A DNA stretch of 41,220 nucleotides. Source: Candidatus Heimdallarchaeota archaeon (GTDB lineage Archaea; Asgardarchaeota; Heimdallarchaeia; Heimdallarchaeales; Heimdallarchaeaceae). Location of the stretch: NCBI GenBank assembly GCA_019057375.1, contig DXJF01000091.1, forward strand, positions 1 to 41,220. Reading direction: 5' to 3'. The position numbers were made by a program, and so were the translations under genes. This document shows positions 30,550-39,969 of the stretch, piece by piece (the stretch's first letter is position 1; every line of letters begins with the position of its first letter). The notes under the pieces were generated by a model. That model worked only from the letters and a program-made list of their open reading frames with translations, searched no databases and was not told where the DNA came from.

Positions 30550-31809
30550 ATGAATTCTGTAGAAACTACTGAATACAAGGTTTATTCTTATCGTTGGATT
30601 GTTCTAATATTATTTGGTTTTGTAGCTTTAATCAATCAGATGATATGGATAACTTTTGCTGCAATTGAACCATCTGCTATAGCATTTTATGGTATGGGTC
30701 CCAACGCAATTCTTATGCTCTCATTGGTGTTTATGATCGTTTATATCCCAATGAATATTCCTGCAGCTTTGGCAATTGATAAATTTGGTTTGAAATGGGG
30801 AACAGGTATAGGTGTCATGCTCACAGGAATTTTCGGAATCTTAAGAGCGGTTTCTGATCAGTATCATTGGGTATTGATTTTCCAAATTGGGTGTGCTATT
30901 GGACAACCTTTCCTTCTAAACTCATTTACAAAAGTGTCTACTAACTGGTTTCCAGAGAAAGAAAAAGCTCTTTCAACAAGTCTAGGAACAATGTTTGTTT
31001 TGCTAGGAGTTTTACTAGGAATGCTAATTACACCTTTCCTTTTGATTCCTGCTGGAGACCCAACTATAATGCTATATATTTATGGTGGAATTGCATTAGC
31101 TTTCATGGTGATTTATCTAATTTTCGTAAAAGATAAGCCAGAAACTCCACCTAACGCCTACAGTGATAAAACTAAAGTTTTCGAGACCAAAGGAACCTGG
31201 GATTTATTCAAGAATAAAGATTTCAATATTTTGTTTATTCTATTCTTATTTGGAGCAGGTACATTTAATGCTGTATCCACAGGCATCGCACAATTGTATA
31301 ATTCTATAAAAATATCAGTTGTAACTGGTTTCACTCCTGATGATCTTCTTGGTATCCTAGGGGGAGTTATGATAGTCGGAGGTATCGCTGGAGCAATCAC
31401 TCTTTCAACGCTTTCAGATAAATATCGAAAAAGAAAACCATTTCTAATAACCTCTGCTGTCGCAGGAGCAGTTTGTTCGCTGTTGTTCTTCTTTGTTGAA
31501 TATTTTGTCAAATCCTTTTTGCCGCTATATATAATTCATTGTGTTATTGGGTTCTTCTTTGGTTTTCTATTGATTGCTGCTTTACCTGTAGGGCTAACTT
31601 TTGCAGCAGAGATAACTCATCCTTTGCCAGAAGAAACATCCAATGGTTGGTTAATGTGGGTAGGACAGATAGGTGGAATAGCTCTTATTGGAATTATATT
31701 CGGTATGAAAACTGATGTATTCAATTTCATTATTTATGCTGTAATATTGGCTATAGCCGCTATATTTGCCTTCAGAATGAAAGATTTAGATGCTTATGAA
31801 TTAAAATGA
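30550..31809 (+). CDS. MFS transporter, FLVCR/SLC49-like
   Basis: About 12 TM helices. N-terminal YKVYSYRW..L and NQMIW.TF, W FP.KE motif, LSDKYRKRKP loop. Confidence 0.8.
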   Translation: MNSVETTEYKVYSYRWIVLILFGFVALINQMIWITFAAIEPSAIAFYGMGPNAILMLSLVFMIVYIPMNIPAALAIDKFGLKWGTGIGVMLTGIFGILRAVSDQYHWVLIFQIGCAIGQPFLLNSFTKVSTNWFPEKEKALSTSLGTMFVLLGVLLGMLITPFLLIPAGDPTIMLYIYGGIALAFMVIYLIFVKDKPETPPNAYSDKTKVFETKGTWDLFKNKDFNILFILFLFGAGTFNAVSTGIAQLYNSIKISVVTGFTPDDLLGILGGVMIVGGIAGAITLSTLSDKYRKRKPFLITSAVAGAVCSLLFFFVEYFVKSFLPLYIIHCVIGFFFGFLLIAALPVGLTFAAEITHPLPEETSNGWLMWVGQIGGIALIGIIFGMKTDVFNFIIYAVILAIAAIFAFRMKDLDAYELK

Positions 31810-31810
31810 G

Positions 31811-31840
31811 CTTCTTTTTTTCCTCTTTTTTCTATTTTTT
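31811..31840 (+). terminator. Oligo-T terminator after the MFS gene
   Basis: Pyrimidine run with three T6-7 tracts directly after the stop. Confidence 0.5.
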
Positions 31841-31892
31841 ACTCTATTATTTTTGGTAAATCTGAATAGATTTATATTTCATAATGAGAACT

Positions 31893-31908
31893 CTAGCTAG
31901 TAAGCTAG
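31893..31908. promoter_or_regulatory. 6-4-6 palindrome between the TATA box and the pirin start
   Basis: ctagct-agta-agctag, downstream of tttatat (31871-31877). Operator role is inference. Confidence 0.3.
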
Positions 31909-31915
31909 TGATATT

Positions 31916-32779
31916 ATGAGCAAAGTAAGAGAAATCCATCATGTTCAGAAAAGTAGAACTACAATGGAAGGTGCAGGAGTTAAATTAAAAAGAGCTTTCG
32001 GTGATGTTCACAAGAAATTAGATCCCTTTCTTTTATTAGATGATTTTGGTTCCGATAATCCTGATGATTATCTTGCTGGATTCCCATGGCACCCTCATCG
32101 TGGAATTGAAACTATTACATATATGTTAAGTGGTCGCGTAAAACATGAGGATAGCTTAGGAAACGCAGGAATTATCGAAACTGGTGATGTTCAATGGATG
32201 ACAGCAGGTAGCGGAATTGTTCATCAAGAGATGCCTGAGAAATCTAAAGGATTAATGGCTGGTTTCCAGCTTTGGGCAAACTTACCCTCTTCTCACAAGA
32301 TGATAGATCCAAGATACCGAGATGTCAAAAAAGAAGATATCCCCGTTGTTACAGTAAATGATAATATTGAAGTAAAAATTATCTGTGGAGAAGTTGAAGG
32401 AGTTAAAGGACCTGTTCAAGATATAATTACAGACCCCGAATATCTAGATGTGACAATAAAAGCTAATTCTACATTTACACACCCAATTGCTAAAGGAAAG
32501 AATGCTTTTGCATATATAATAGAAGGTGAAGGAATGTTTTCTTCCAAAAATGCAAAAATATTCAATAAAGACCAGCTAATTGTTTTTGAGGATGGAGATG
32601 TGGTAGAAATCTTAACTGATGACAGTAATCTACGCTTTCTACTGATATCAGGAAGACCTATAGGTGAACCTGTAGCTTGGGGTGGACCTATAGTTATGAA
32701 TACTGATGAAGAAATCAGGACTGCATTTGCTGAATATAGAAACGGAACTTTCCTAAAACATAAACATAAGGATGAATAA
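31916..32779 (+). CDS. Pirin-family protein
   Basis: DPFLLLDDF, GFPWHPHRGIETITY, QWMTAGSGIVHQE, GFQLWANLP, GGPIVMN. Confidence 0.95.
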   Translation: MSKVREIHHVQKSRTTMEGAGVKLKRAFGDVHKKLDPFLLLDDFGSDNPDDYLAGFPWHPHRGIETITYMLSGRVKHEDSLGNAGIIETGDVQWMTAGSGIVHQEMPEKSKGLMAGFQLWANLPSSHKMIDPRYRDVKKEDIPVVTVNDNIEVKIICGEVEGVKGPVQDIITDPEYLDVTIKANSTFTHPIAKGKNAFAYIIEGEGMFSSKNAKIFNKDQLIVFEDGDVVEILTDDSNLRFLLISGRPIGEPVAWGGPIVMNTDEEIRTAFAEYRNGTFLKHKHKDE

Positions 32780-33355
32780 TTAGATGGGATTTAGTTCTCT
32801 ATATTCATCTACTAAAATATCCATGACTAGATCATCAACATATCTTCCTGCTACAAATGAAGCTTTTCTTCTGACACCCGTTTCTTTAAAACCTAGTTTT
32901 TCGTAGATATTCCTACCTGATTCTAGAAAATCATAAACATGTAATTCTATTCTATGCAGATTAAGAAAATCAAAACCTATCTTTAGGATACATTTCACTG
33001 AATCAGTACCAAAACCCCTTCCTTGATCTTTTGGATTATAAATAGCTACACTCATAAAAGCTGTACGACTTATATTGTTTACTCTTTTTAAAGCTGCAAC
33101 ACCAAGAAATTTTTCAGTCTCTTTTTCTATTACTGCAAAATTATATGCCTCTCCTTTTTGCATTTCTTTAGTAACTTTCTTGATCCATTCTTCTCGTTGC
33201 TGTCTAGATTCAGGTATATATCTCCCTAAACCAATTCGCATCTCATAAGTGTTCCAATGTTGCATGATGTCATCTAAATCATCTAGTTCAACTGCTCTAA
33301 GTTTGACTTTTTCTCCAATAAATGGTGAATTAGCTTCTATTTCAGAAGGCATCAA
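32780..33355 (-). CDS. GNAT N-acetyltransferase (RimJ/RimL-like)
   Basis: KLRAVE, QGRGFGT acetyl-CoA motif, LNLHRIEL.V, YEKLGFKETG. Confidence 0.9.
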   Translation of the reverse strand: MMPSEIEANSPFIGEKVKLRAVELDDLDDIMQHWNTYEMRIGLGRYIPESRQQREEWIKKVTKEMQKGEAYNFAVIEKETEKFLGVAALKRVNNISRTAFMSVAIYNPKDQGRGFGTDSVKCILKIGFDFLNLHRIELHVYDFLESGRNIYEKLGFKETGVRRKASFVAGRYVDDLVMDILVDEYRELNPI

Positions 33356-33400
33356 TTAAAATTCTGCTACCATTTAATATGAATTTTCATTGAAACACGA

Positions 33401-33427
33401 AATAAAAAAAGAAAAAAAAAGAAAGAA
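33401..33427 (-). terminator. Oligo-T terminator after the 33428-34450 gene
   Basis: Long A-tracts on the + strand immediately downstream of the stop on the - strand. Confidence 0.45.
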
Positions 33428-34450
33428 TTAATTTCTTCTACGTAACAGAACAAGTCCCAAAATCATTAATGCTCCAGAACCAATGAAAATTAATTCTAAA
33501 GAGCCTGTTTTGAGAACATCTTCTCCAACACCAAGTGAGGGGTCATAAACTACTTCATCTTCAAAGTGTTCGAAACTTAGATATGTTTGTAAAGTTCCAT
33601 CTCCGAGAGCTGAGTGAGAAGCGTTAACTGATCCATATTCATATGTACTAGCTTCTTTATATTGAGCTTGATTAGCATATGCAAACCATCCCTCAACACC
33701 TTCTCCAGCAATCTTGTATTGTTGCTTGATAGATTCGGTATTTTCAACTTTGTTTTCGAATCCTGAAGAATTTGCCCCTAAATCGCAAGCAACATCATTA
33801 GTGTCGCTTAATTGATAAGTGTTCTTGATTGGAGCTATATCAAATCTTAAAGCTAAATTAGTATCATCACGTTGCCAATTCCAATTTCTCATCACTATAT
33901 CAAATTTAAGTTCAGATTTTCCAATGACAGTGTATCCTAAAGTTGTAGTATCAACCAAATACATGTGAGCAACAATTTCCATTTCAAAATCACTGTAGAA
34001 TGGGTCCATGACCATTTCCGAAGTAAAATTGAAATGAACTGCTGAAACCTCTTCTGTTCCTTCTACATAATCAATATCAAATCCGCCAAATGTCCATCTG
34101 ATGCTAGATAATGCAAGTACATTGGAATGAGCAGGCTCAGGAGGGCTAGGATCATCCATCCATATTCCAGTTTCATTATATTGAAATGCTCCATCTTCAT
34201 TAAAATCAAGATACTCAGTAATTGATCTCATCATTATATTGAAATCAAAACCGCTATTTTCTTCAGTATATTGGAATTTAGGAACCATTCCACCTGCATT
34301 TACTTTGATAGTGATAGTATCATAAGTAAGTGTTACTACTTTGTTCTGTTCTTGATAACCAAGCACTTTGTTTCCAGCTGATGCTTGAGTGAGAGTGAGC
34401 ATCATTAGAACCATCATGCTTAAACCGATAATTTTGACTTTATTTTTCAT
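33428..34450 (-). CDS. Secreted, C-terminally anchored beta-rich surface protein
   Basis: Signal peptide, beta-strand-rich body ending SFEHF..VVYDPSLG, C-terminal TM helix followed by RRRN. Confidence 0.7.
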   Translation of the reverse strand: MKNKVKIIGLSMMVLMMLTLTQASAGNKVLGYQEQNKVVTLTYDTITIKVNAGGMVPKFQYTEENSGFDFNIMMRSITEYLDFNEDGAFQYNETGIWMDDPSPPEPAHSNVLALSSIRWTFGGFDIDYVEGTEEVSAVHFNFTSEMVMDPFYSDFEMEIVAHMYLVDTTTLGYTVIGKSELKFDIVMRNWNWQRDDTNLALRFDIAPIKNTYQLSDTNDVACDLGANSSGFENKVENTESIKQQYKIAGEGVEGWFAYANQAQYKEASTYEYGSVNASHSALGDGTLQTYLSFEHFEDEVVYDPSLGVGEDVLKTGSLELIFIGSGALMILGLVLLRRRN

Positions 34451-34581
34451 TTAGTCACCAATTATAACTATTAACCCACTTTTTGAATAGGTTCTTATTT
34501 AGTCAACTAAATATCCCAACTTTAGAAAATTAAAGTAGGTAATGAAGTAGAACAAATATTAATAAGTATAAACCTTCTAAT

Positions 34582-35418
34582 ATGCTACAAATGGAAGAGA
34601 CCGACGATACTTTCGAAGAATTAAAGATATTCTCTAACACTATTAGAAGGGAGTTAGTTAGAGTTATTGGCGAATCTGGTTCTATTTCATTCAGTATGTT
34701 AAAAGATGAATTAACACTTACTGATGGTCGCTTATACTTCCATCTTAAGAAGATAGAAAACTATCTCGAAAGGGATAAACAAAAACACTATAGATTAAAT
34801 GAAGAAGGAAAAAGGGTAACTTTTCTGCTATTTCACGATAAAGAAGTTTTGATATCTGATGCAGCAGCAAATAGTGAAGAAGATAAATCTATTAGCTTCC
34901 TAAACATAGTAGCTCCCTCAGGAATATTTTATTTTTTCCTTGGTACAAAAATCAGAAGTTTCATTGAATTACACATACTTCTCTTGGTGATCTGTTGGTT
35001 ATTCGGTGTAACTAACAGTAGGTTCAGTTCAATTGAATCTTTATTTGGAGGTGGCGCAATTGTTAATTCTCTCATATCAATAGCTCATTGGTATGTTTAT
35101 CTGGGTTTAATTGCACTAATATTGTGGATTCTTAAAACCAAATTTGATTACTTTGAATTAACATTCAGCGTTTTTATAGGTTTAATACCCTACATTCTCT
35201 ACCTTATACCTGTAGGAATAATATTCCTAGTGGGTGTAACAGTTCCTCAATGGGGAAGTATTCTTTTGACAATTTTATTCATAATTTGTAAATTGTGGTC
35301 CACATTGTTAATTGCTCAAGGAATAACTATCACTGCCAAACGAAAGAACTATGAATCCATACTTATTGCAGCCTCACTGATACTATTAGATTATATCTAT
35401 CTTCTAGTTACAGTTTAG
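34582..35418 (+). CDS. Winged-helix (ArsR-like) domain fused to a Yip1-like multi-TM domain
   Basis: N-terminal RRELVRVI..ISFSMLK..GRLYFHLKK..YRLNEEG winged helix. C-terminal part has about 5-6 hydrophobic helices. Confidence 0.65.
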   Translation: MLQMEETDDTFEELKIFSNTIRRELVRVIGESGSISFSMLKDELTLTDGRLYFHLKKIENYLERDKQKHYRLNEEGKRVTFLLFHDKEVLISDAAANSEEDKSISFLNIVAPSGIFYFFLGTKIRSFIELHILLLVICWLFGVTNSRFSSIESLFGGGAIVNSLISIAHWYVYLGLIALILWILKTKFDYFELTFSVFIGLIPYILYLIPVGIIFLVGVTVPQWGSILLTILFIICKLWSTLLIAQGITITAKRKNYESILIAASLILLDYIYLLVTV

Positions 35419-35500
35419 AAAAATGAAGAGAAAACTTTAGTTAACTGAATAAAAATAATAATAAAAAAGAAAAACAATAATAATATGGAAAGTGTAGAAA

Positions 35501-36151
35501 ATGGATAAAAGAAATCAACTAACAGTTATGATGATTAGTTTAGTAATAATAGTCGGATCAATAGCCACCCCTTTGACACTCCGTGATCATGCACTGATTT
35601 TAGATGATTTCTTAAATTCCCCGCTCTTTCCAATACTTCAAAATGAAGGAACTCTGAAGCTTTATTTTGAAAGCGATTTTACTGAAGAAAATGGTACTTT
35701 ACCTTCATTTCTTGACTTCGGAATAAAGGCTTCCCCTACATCTATTATAGTTCAAAGAATCTGGGTTGATATAACTGAAATACAACTTCTTGGTAAAAAA
35801 GTAGGAAATTCAGTTTTCTTCACCAGTGATGATGTGTTCGATATTCTAGATGGTCTAGATGAAACCCAATTGCTAAAATCTGGTAACCTTACAGCTGCTG
35901 AATATTCAGGCATACAGCTCTTTTTTAATACAACAATACTAGTACAAACAAACGAGGATCTCTTCTACTTTGAATTACAAGGTAAGGATTTTGTGGTTTT
36001 GTCTTTCAATATGTTTGGACAAGAAAACAGTATGGTAAATCTTAACATTGTTGAGGATGCAATCAGCGAGGTAATACTAGATTTTAATCTAGAGATTTTA
36101 TGGCAGAATAGCACAGTAAGAATGACAACGAAGGCTTTAGTGCTAAATTGA
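35501..36151 (+). CDS. DUF4382-like membrane-anchored protein
   Basis: N-terminal TM helix, then IWVDITEIQL..FDIL..AEYSGIQL..VILDFNL pattern. Confidence 0.55.
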   Translation: MDKRNQLTVMMISLVIIVGSIATPLTLRDHALILDDFLNSPLFPILQNEGTLKLYFESDFTEENGTLPSFLDFGIKASPTSIIVQRIWVDITEIQLLGKKVGNSVFFTSDDVFDILDGLDETQLLKSGNLTAAEYSGIQLFFNTTILVQTNEDLFYFELQGKDFVVLSFNMFGQENSMVNLNIVEDAISEVILDFNLEILWQNSTVRMTTKALVLN

Positions 36152-36206
36152 GCTTACACAGTCTAAGGAAAAGACTAAAGAATTGTTTATTTTTTCAATA
36201 ATTGAT

Positions 36207-37043
36207 ATGGTTATTAATTACTCAGCTATTTTACCACATGGTTTCAATTTAATAGAAGAAATTTATCCTAATCCCAATGATGAATGGAAACAGCTCATCG
36301 AAGCTATGAAATTAGTAGCTAAAGAAATTTATGAATCAGATCCACAGGTAATTATTATTGCTTCTCCGCATAATTTGAGGATAGATGGACAAATTGGTAT
36401 AATCACCTCAGAATGGATTGAAGGAATTTGGTGGAATGATGAGAAAACTAAGAAAGCAGAATTAAGATACAAAATTGACAGAAATACATCCAATCTTATT
36501 TATCAAAGAGCGAAAATGATGGATTTGCCAATAGTAGCAGTTAACTATGGAGCTGCAGAAGGCGAGTATTCATCAATGAAAATGGATTGGGGGACAATGA
36601 TTCCACTTTGGTATGTAAATGAGATTTACAAACTAAACAAGAAAGATGTTCCTCCTGTTGTCTTGATCACTCCATCTAGAGAAATACCCTGGTCTAATCT
36701 AGTTGATTTTGGGAAGATGATGAATGGAGAATGTGTCAATAATAAAATCAAATCAGTTTATATCGCTAGTTGCGATCATGGCCATGCACATGATCCAGAT
36801 GGACCTTATGGTTTTCATCCAGCTTCCAAAGTTTTTGATAATCAGATAACTAAGTGGATTCAAGACAATGAATTGAATAAAATTCTCACTCTTTCACCAG
36901 AATTTATTGACCAAGCTAAACCTGATAGCTTTTGGCAGATGCTTATTTTATTAGGGGTTTTAGAAGTTTCAGATCTAAAAAATGATTTATGTGTTTACGG
37001 ATGTCCTGAATACTATGGAATGATTGTAGCTTCATACAAATGA
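36207..37043 (+). CDS. LigB/MEMO1-like class III extradiol dioxygenase fold protein
   Basis: PHG, IIIASPH, DWGTMIPLWY, ASCDHGH..GPYG. ATG 36207 is preferred over TTG 36183. Confidence 0.75.
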   Translation: MVINYSAILPHGFNLIEEIYPNPNDEWKQLIEAMKLVAKEIYESDPQVIIIASPHNLRIDGQIGIITSEWIEGIWWNDEKTKKAELRYKIDRNTSNLIYQRAKMMDLPIVAVNYGAAEGEYSSMKMDWGTMIPLWYVNEIYKLNKKDVPPVVLITPSREIPWSNLVDFGKMMNGECVNNKIKSVYIASCDHGHAHDPDGPYGFHPASKVFDNQITKWIQDNELNKILTLSPEFIDQAKPDSFWQMLILLGVLEVSDLKNDLCVYGCPEYYGMIVASYK

Positions 37044-37129
37044 TTTTCTTCTTCTAAAATCAAATCCTTTTTCCCAATATATTTAAGAAAATGTAATTTT
37101 AAATTTTCACTAAATAGGAGATATCAATA

Positions 37130-37870
37130 ATGGATCATATCGGAAAAGAATTCATGAAAAAAACTCAATACAAATTTGTTTCCAGCTCCGATCAGAGTCA
37201 ACAACTTCCCCAACCTCCTCTTGAGATGGAATATGCTCATAAGATGAGAAGTATAGATTTACCCAAACCTGAAGAGTTAGAAATAGAGGATTATAATTTA
37301 AGAAAAGCTATTGAAGAAAGAAAAAGTGTTAGAAAATATTCAAATGAACCATTTACTTTAATGGAACTATCTTGGTTGCTATGGACAACTCAAGGAGTCA
37401 AAGAAATTAGTGGGAATAATTATGCTACACTCCGAAACGTCCCTTCAGCTGGAGCTAGACATGCTTTAGAAACTTTTTTGTTGATTAATAATGTCAAAGA
37501 CCTTGAACCAGGAATCTATAGGTATATAGCTTTGGAACACAAACTAGTGGAATATATTCTTGAAGAAGGAATAGATGATAAAGTGGTTGAAGCTGCTTAT
37601 GGACAAAAGATGGTGAAAAATGATTCAGCTACTTTTATCTGGGTTGCAGATATTTATCGTATGTTCTGGAGATATGTTGAGCGAGGATACAGATACATCC
37701 ACATCGATGCGGGACATGTTTGCCAAAATCTCTATCTGGCAGCTGAAAACATTAATTCTGGTGTTTGTGCTATTGCAGCTTTTCATGATGAAATGTTTAA
37801 CGATTTACTTAAGCTTGACAAAGATGAACAGTTTGTCGTCTATTTGGCATCCGTTGGGAAGAAAAAGTAA
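37130..37870 (+). CDS. SagB/ThcOx-family nitroreductase-like dehydrogenase
   Basis: RKSVRKY, LSWLLW..QG, RNVPSAGARH..E, GIYRY, RGYRYIHIDAGHVCQNLYL. Confidence 0.9.
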   Translation: MDHIGKEFMKKTQYKFVSSSDQSQQLPQPPLEMEYAHKMRSIDLPKPEELEIEDYNLRKAIEERKSVRKYSNEPFTLMELSWLLWTTQGVKEISGNNYATLRNVPSAGARHALETFLLINNVKDLEPGIYRYIALEHKLVEYILEEGIDDKVVEAAYGQKMVKNDSATFIWVADIYRMFWRYVERGYRYIHIDAGHVCQNLYLAAENINSGVCAIAAFHDEMFNDLLKLDKDEQFVVYLASVGKKK

Positions 37871-38893
37871 ATGATTGACAATAGGAAGAATTTCTACTTT
37901 ACTTTAGCTTTAATATTACTGGTTTCAGCTCTTCTAGCTATACTAATAGCAATAGTAGAACCTCAACTTTTGCTAGGGCAAAATATAATTTACAGCATCT
38001 TAGTATTTACTTTCTTAACAGTGATTTTTGCCCTACTTATTCCTCCTATTAACAAATATGTGATAGATTTATTGAAGCAACAACGTATCTTCTATATCCT
38101 CTCCTCGAGTATAATCTTATTCCTCCCTTTGCTAAACTGGATATTTGCAACTGAATTCAAACAAGCAACTAACTCCTACCTTATTTGGTATTTTCTACCT
38201 ACAATTCTATTTATTATCCCAATATTTTTTGAAAATTTCAGATTTGATTTCCTTTTTCATATAGCATCTGTAGTGTTGTTTGCTATCGGTTTTGATGGAA
38301 GATTCACTTCTGATACTCTCTCAGGTTTTAGTTCTTCTGAATACAATTTTAACGCATTGTGGGTAAGTTCACTAATTCTCCTCCTCTATTCAATTCAGCT
38401 TAATGAGTTTGAAGAAAAAACCAACTGGAAACCTTCGAAAAGAGGATTGTTATATGCTTTAAATTTGAGTGCAATTTTTGCAATTATATCAATTCCTATA
38501 GGTCTATTAACTAACTTTCTGGAATGGGCTCCTAATTTTTCTGATGTGCCCATGATTTTTATCTCATTTATTGGTATTTGGATGACAATTGCCCTTCCAG
38601 AAGAACTTATAGCAAGAGGAGTTATCCAGCATCAGCTCACTCATAGAGTTATTAAGAAAGACGGAAAGTATTTCAAATATTGGAAGTGGGGCATCCTAAT
38701 TGTCGCTTCTGTTATCTTTGGTATAAGTCATTGGAATAACACCTCCCCAGAGTTTGTTTGGGTCTATATTCTACTTGCATCTATTGCTGGAATTGCATAC
38801 GGGATATGTTGGTGGAAAGGAGGTCTGTTTTCAGCTATACTCATTCATACTCTAGTTGATTGGGTGTGGCAATTATTCTTTAAAGCAACCTAA
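37871..38893 (+). CDS. CPBP-family (CAAX/Abi) intramembrane glutamic protease
   Basis: PEELIARG, FGISH, HTLVD motifs; about 10 TM helices. Confidence 0.88.
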   Translation: MIDNRKNFYFTLALILLVSALLAILIAIVEPQLLLGQNIIYSILVFTFLTVIFALLIPPINKYVIDLLKQQRIFYILSSSIILFLPLLNWIFATEFKQATNSYLIWYFLPTILFIIPIFFENFRFDFLFHIASVVLFAIGFDGRFTSDTLSGFSSSEYNFNALWVSSLILLLYSIQLNEFEEKTNWKPSKRGLLYALNLSAIFAIISIPIGLLTNFLEWAPNFSDVPMIFISFIGIWMTIALPEELIARGVIQHQLTHRVIKKDGKYFKYWKWGILIVASVIFGISHWNNTSPEFVWVYILLASIAGIAYGICWWKGGLFSAILIHTLVDWVWQLFFKAT

Positions 38894-38948
38894 TCATCCC
38901 ACGGAATAATTTTTAAATAAGTTTTCTTGTTAGAAATTGGTTAATGAT

Positions 38949-39824
38949 ATGGTAAAAAAGTACCCTGTCTTTGTTCTTTGTGGTAGAGATGAGAAAAAGA
39001 GAGAAGTTTTGGAAGATTTAGACCCAAATGATGAATATAAAGTTAAAGCTCTTTTACCTTTCTTAGGCAAAAGAATAATAGATTGGCAACTAGAAGCCTT
39101 AAGAGAGTCTCCTTACTGTGGAGAAATATTCCTCTTAGGTATTCAAAAAGAAATGGCATCATTTGACTTTCCAGTCCATTATGTACCAATTCCGCTTATT
39201 TCAACTTTTGGACAAAAACTACTTGCAGGTCTGGAATATGCCAGATCACAAGACCTAGACGATAATATGTTTGTTGTTTCTTCTTCAGATACCCCTGGTA
39301 TTACAGTAGAACCAATAAATGATTTTTTTGAAATACTTGATAATTATCTAGATTATGATTTCATTCAATCTGTTGTACCGGAAGATGTTAGTAAAGATGT
39401 ATTTTCTGATCACCAAAGAGTCGTAGCGAAATTCAAGGAAATAACAGTATTCACTGGGGAACTGTATGCTATGAGTGAAAAGGGAATTAGAACTGGTCAA
39501 AAGATTATTGATGAAACTGGAAGCGGAAGACGTAGAATTAGAAAAGAAAACAGAGAAAAAAAGAGTAGTGCATTAACTCCTATTATCAGAATTGTATTTA
39601 GAAAACCAAGAACATGGCCATTAATTATCAGATTTCTTTTAGGAAGAATGACTTTAGCTAAAGCAGAAAAACTTCTTGAAATAATAGGAAATGTCAAAGT
39701 CAAAGCAGTGATCATTCATGATGCCGCTTTTGGTATGGACATTGACCTAACAAATGACTACATGAAAGTCAAGAAATATGTAAGCAAAATAAAAAATGTT
39801 CCTTTTACAGAAGGAATAAGTTAA
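38949..39824 (+). CDS. MobA-like nucleotidyltransferase-domain protein
   Basis: VLCG..KALLPFLGK.II.W.LEAL, SSDTP, C-terminal GMDID. ATG 38949 is preferred. Confidence 0.7.
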   Translation: MVKKYPVFVLCGRDEKKREVLEDLDPNDEYKVKALLPFLGKRIIDWQLEALRESPYCGEIFLLGIQKEMASFDFPVHYVPIPLISTFGQKLLAGLEYARSQDLDDNMFVVSSSDTPGITVEPINDFFEILDNYLDYDFIQSVVPEDVSKDVFSDHQRVVAKFKEITVFTGELYAMSEKGIRTGQKIIDETGSGRRRIRKENREKKSSALTPIIRIVFRKPRTWPLIIRFLLGRMTLAKAEKLLEIIGNVKVKAVIIHDAAFGMDIDLTNDYMKVKKYVSKIKNVPFTEGIS

Positions 39825-39840
39825 AGATAAGAATTTACAA

Positions 39841-39951
39841 TGTTTCACTGAATTACAAACAAAGTATCCGTTGAAATAACCGGTAACATATTAATCGTTT
39901 CACTGAACAATTTGTATTGTTGCCGTGAATATAAACGGTTAGTATTTAATG
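39841..39951. repeat. Direct-repeat copy 1: two 55-bp units
   Basis: GTTTCACTGAA at 39842 and 39897, each followed 15 nt later by CCG-N11-GGT. 39841-39907 matches 41024-41090 at 66 of 67 positions. Confidence 0.9.
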
Positions 39952-39969
39952 AGGTCAGGTGGTTATATT

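Noticed and set aside
37130-38893. Streptolysin-S-like RiPP biosynthetic cluster
   Set aside because: No YcaO or E1-like cyclodehydratase and no Cys/Ser/Thr-rich precursor ORF in the window.
932-39715. Short antisense or nested ORFs in the track (e.g. 932-1144, 1397-1699, 9570-9848, 16153-16524, 23662-23973, 28419-28724, 37620-37874)
   Set aside because: All lie opposite or within well-supported genes, lack motifs, and have the composition expected of shadow ORFs.
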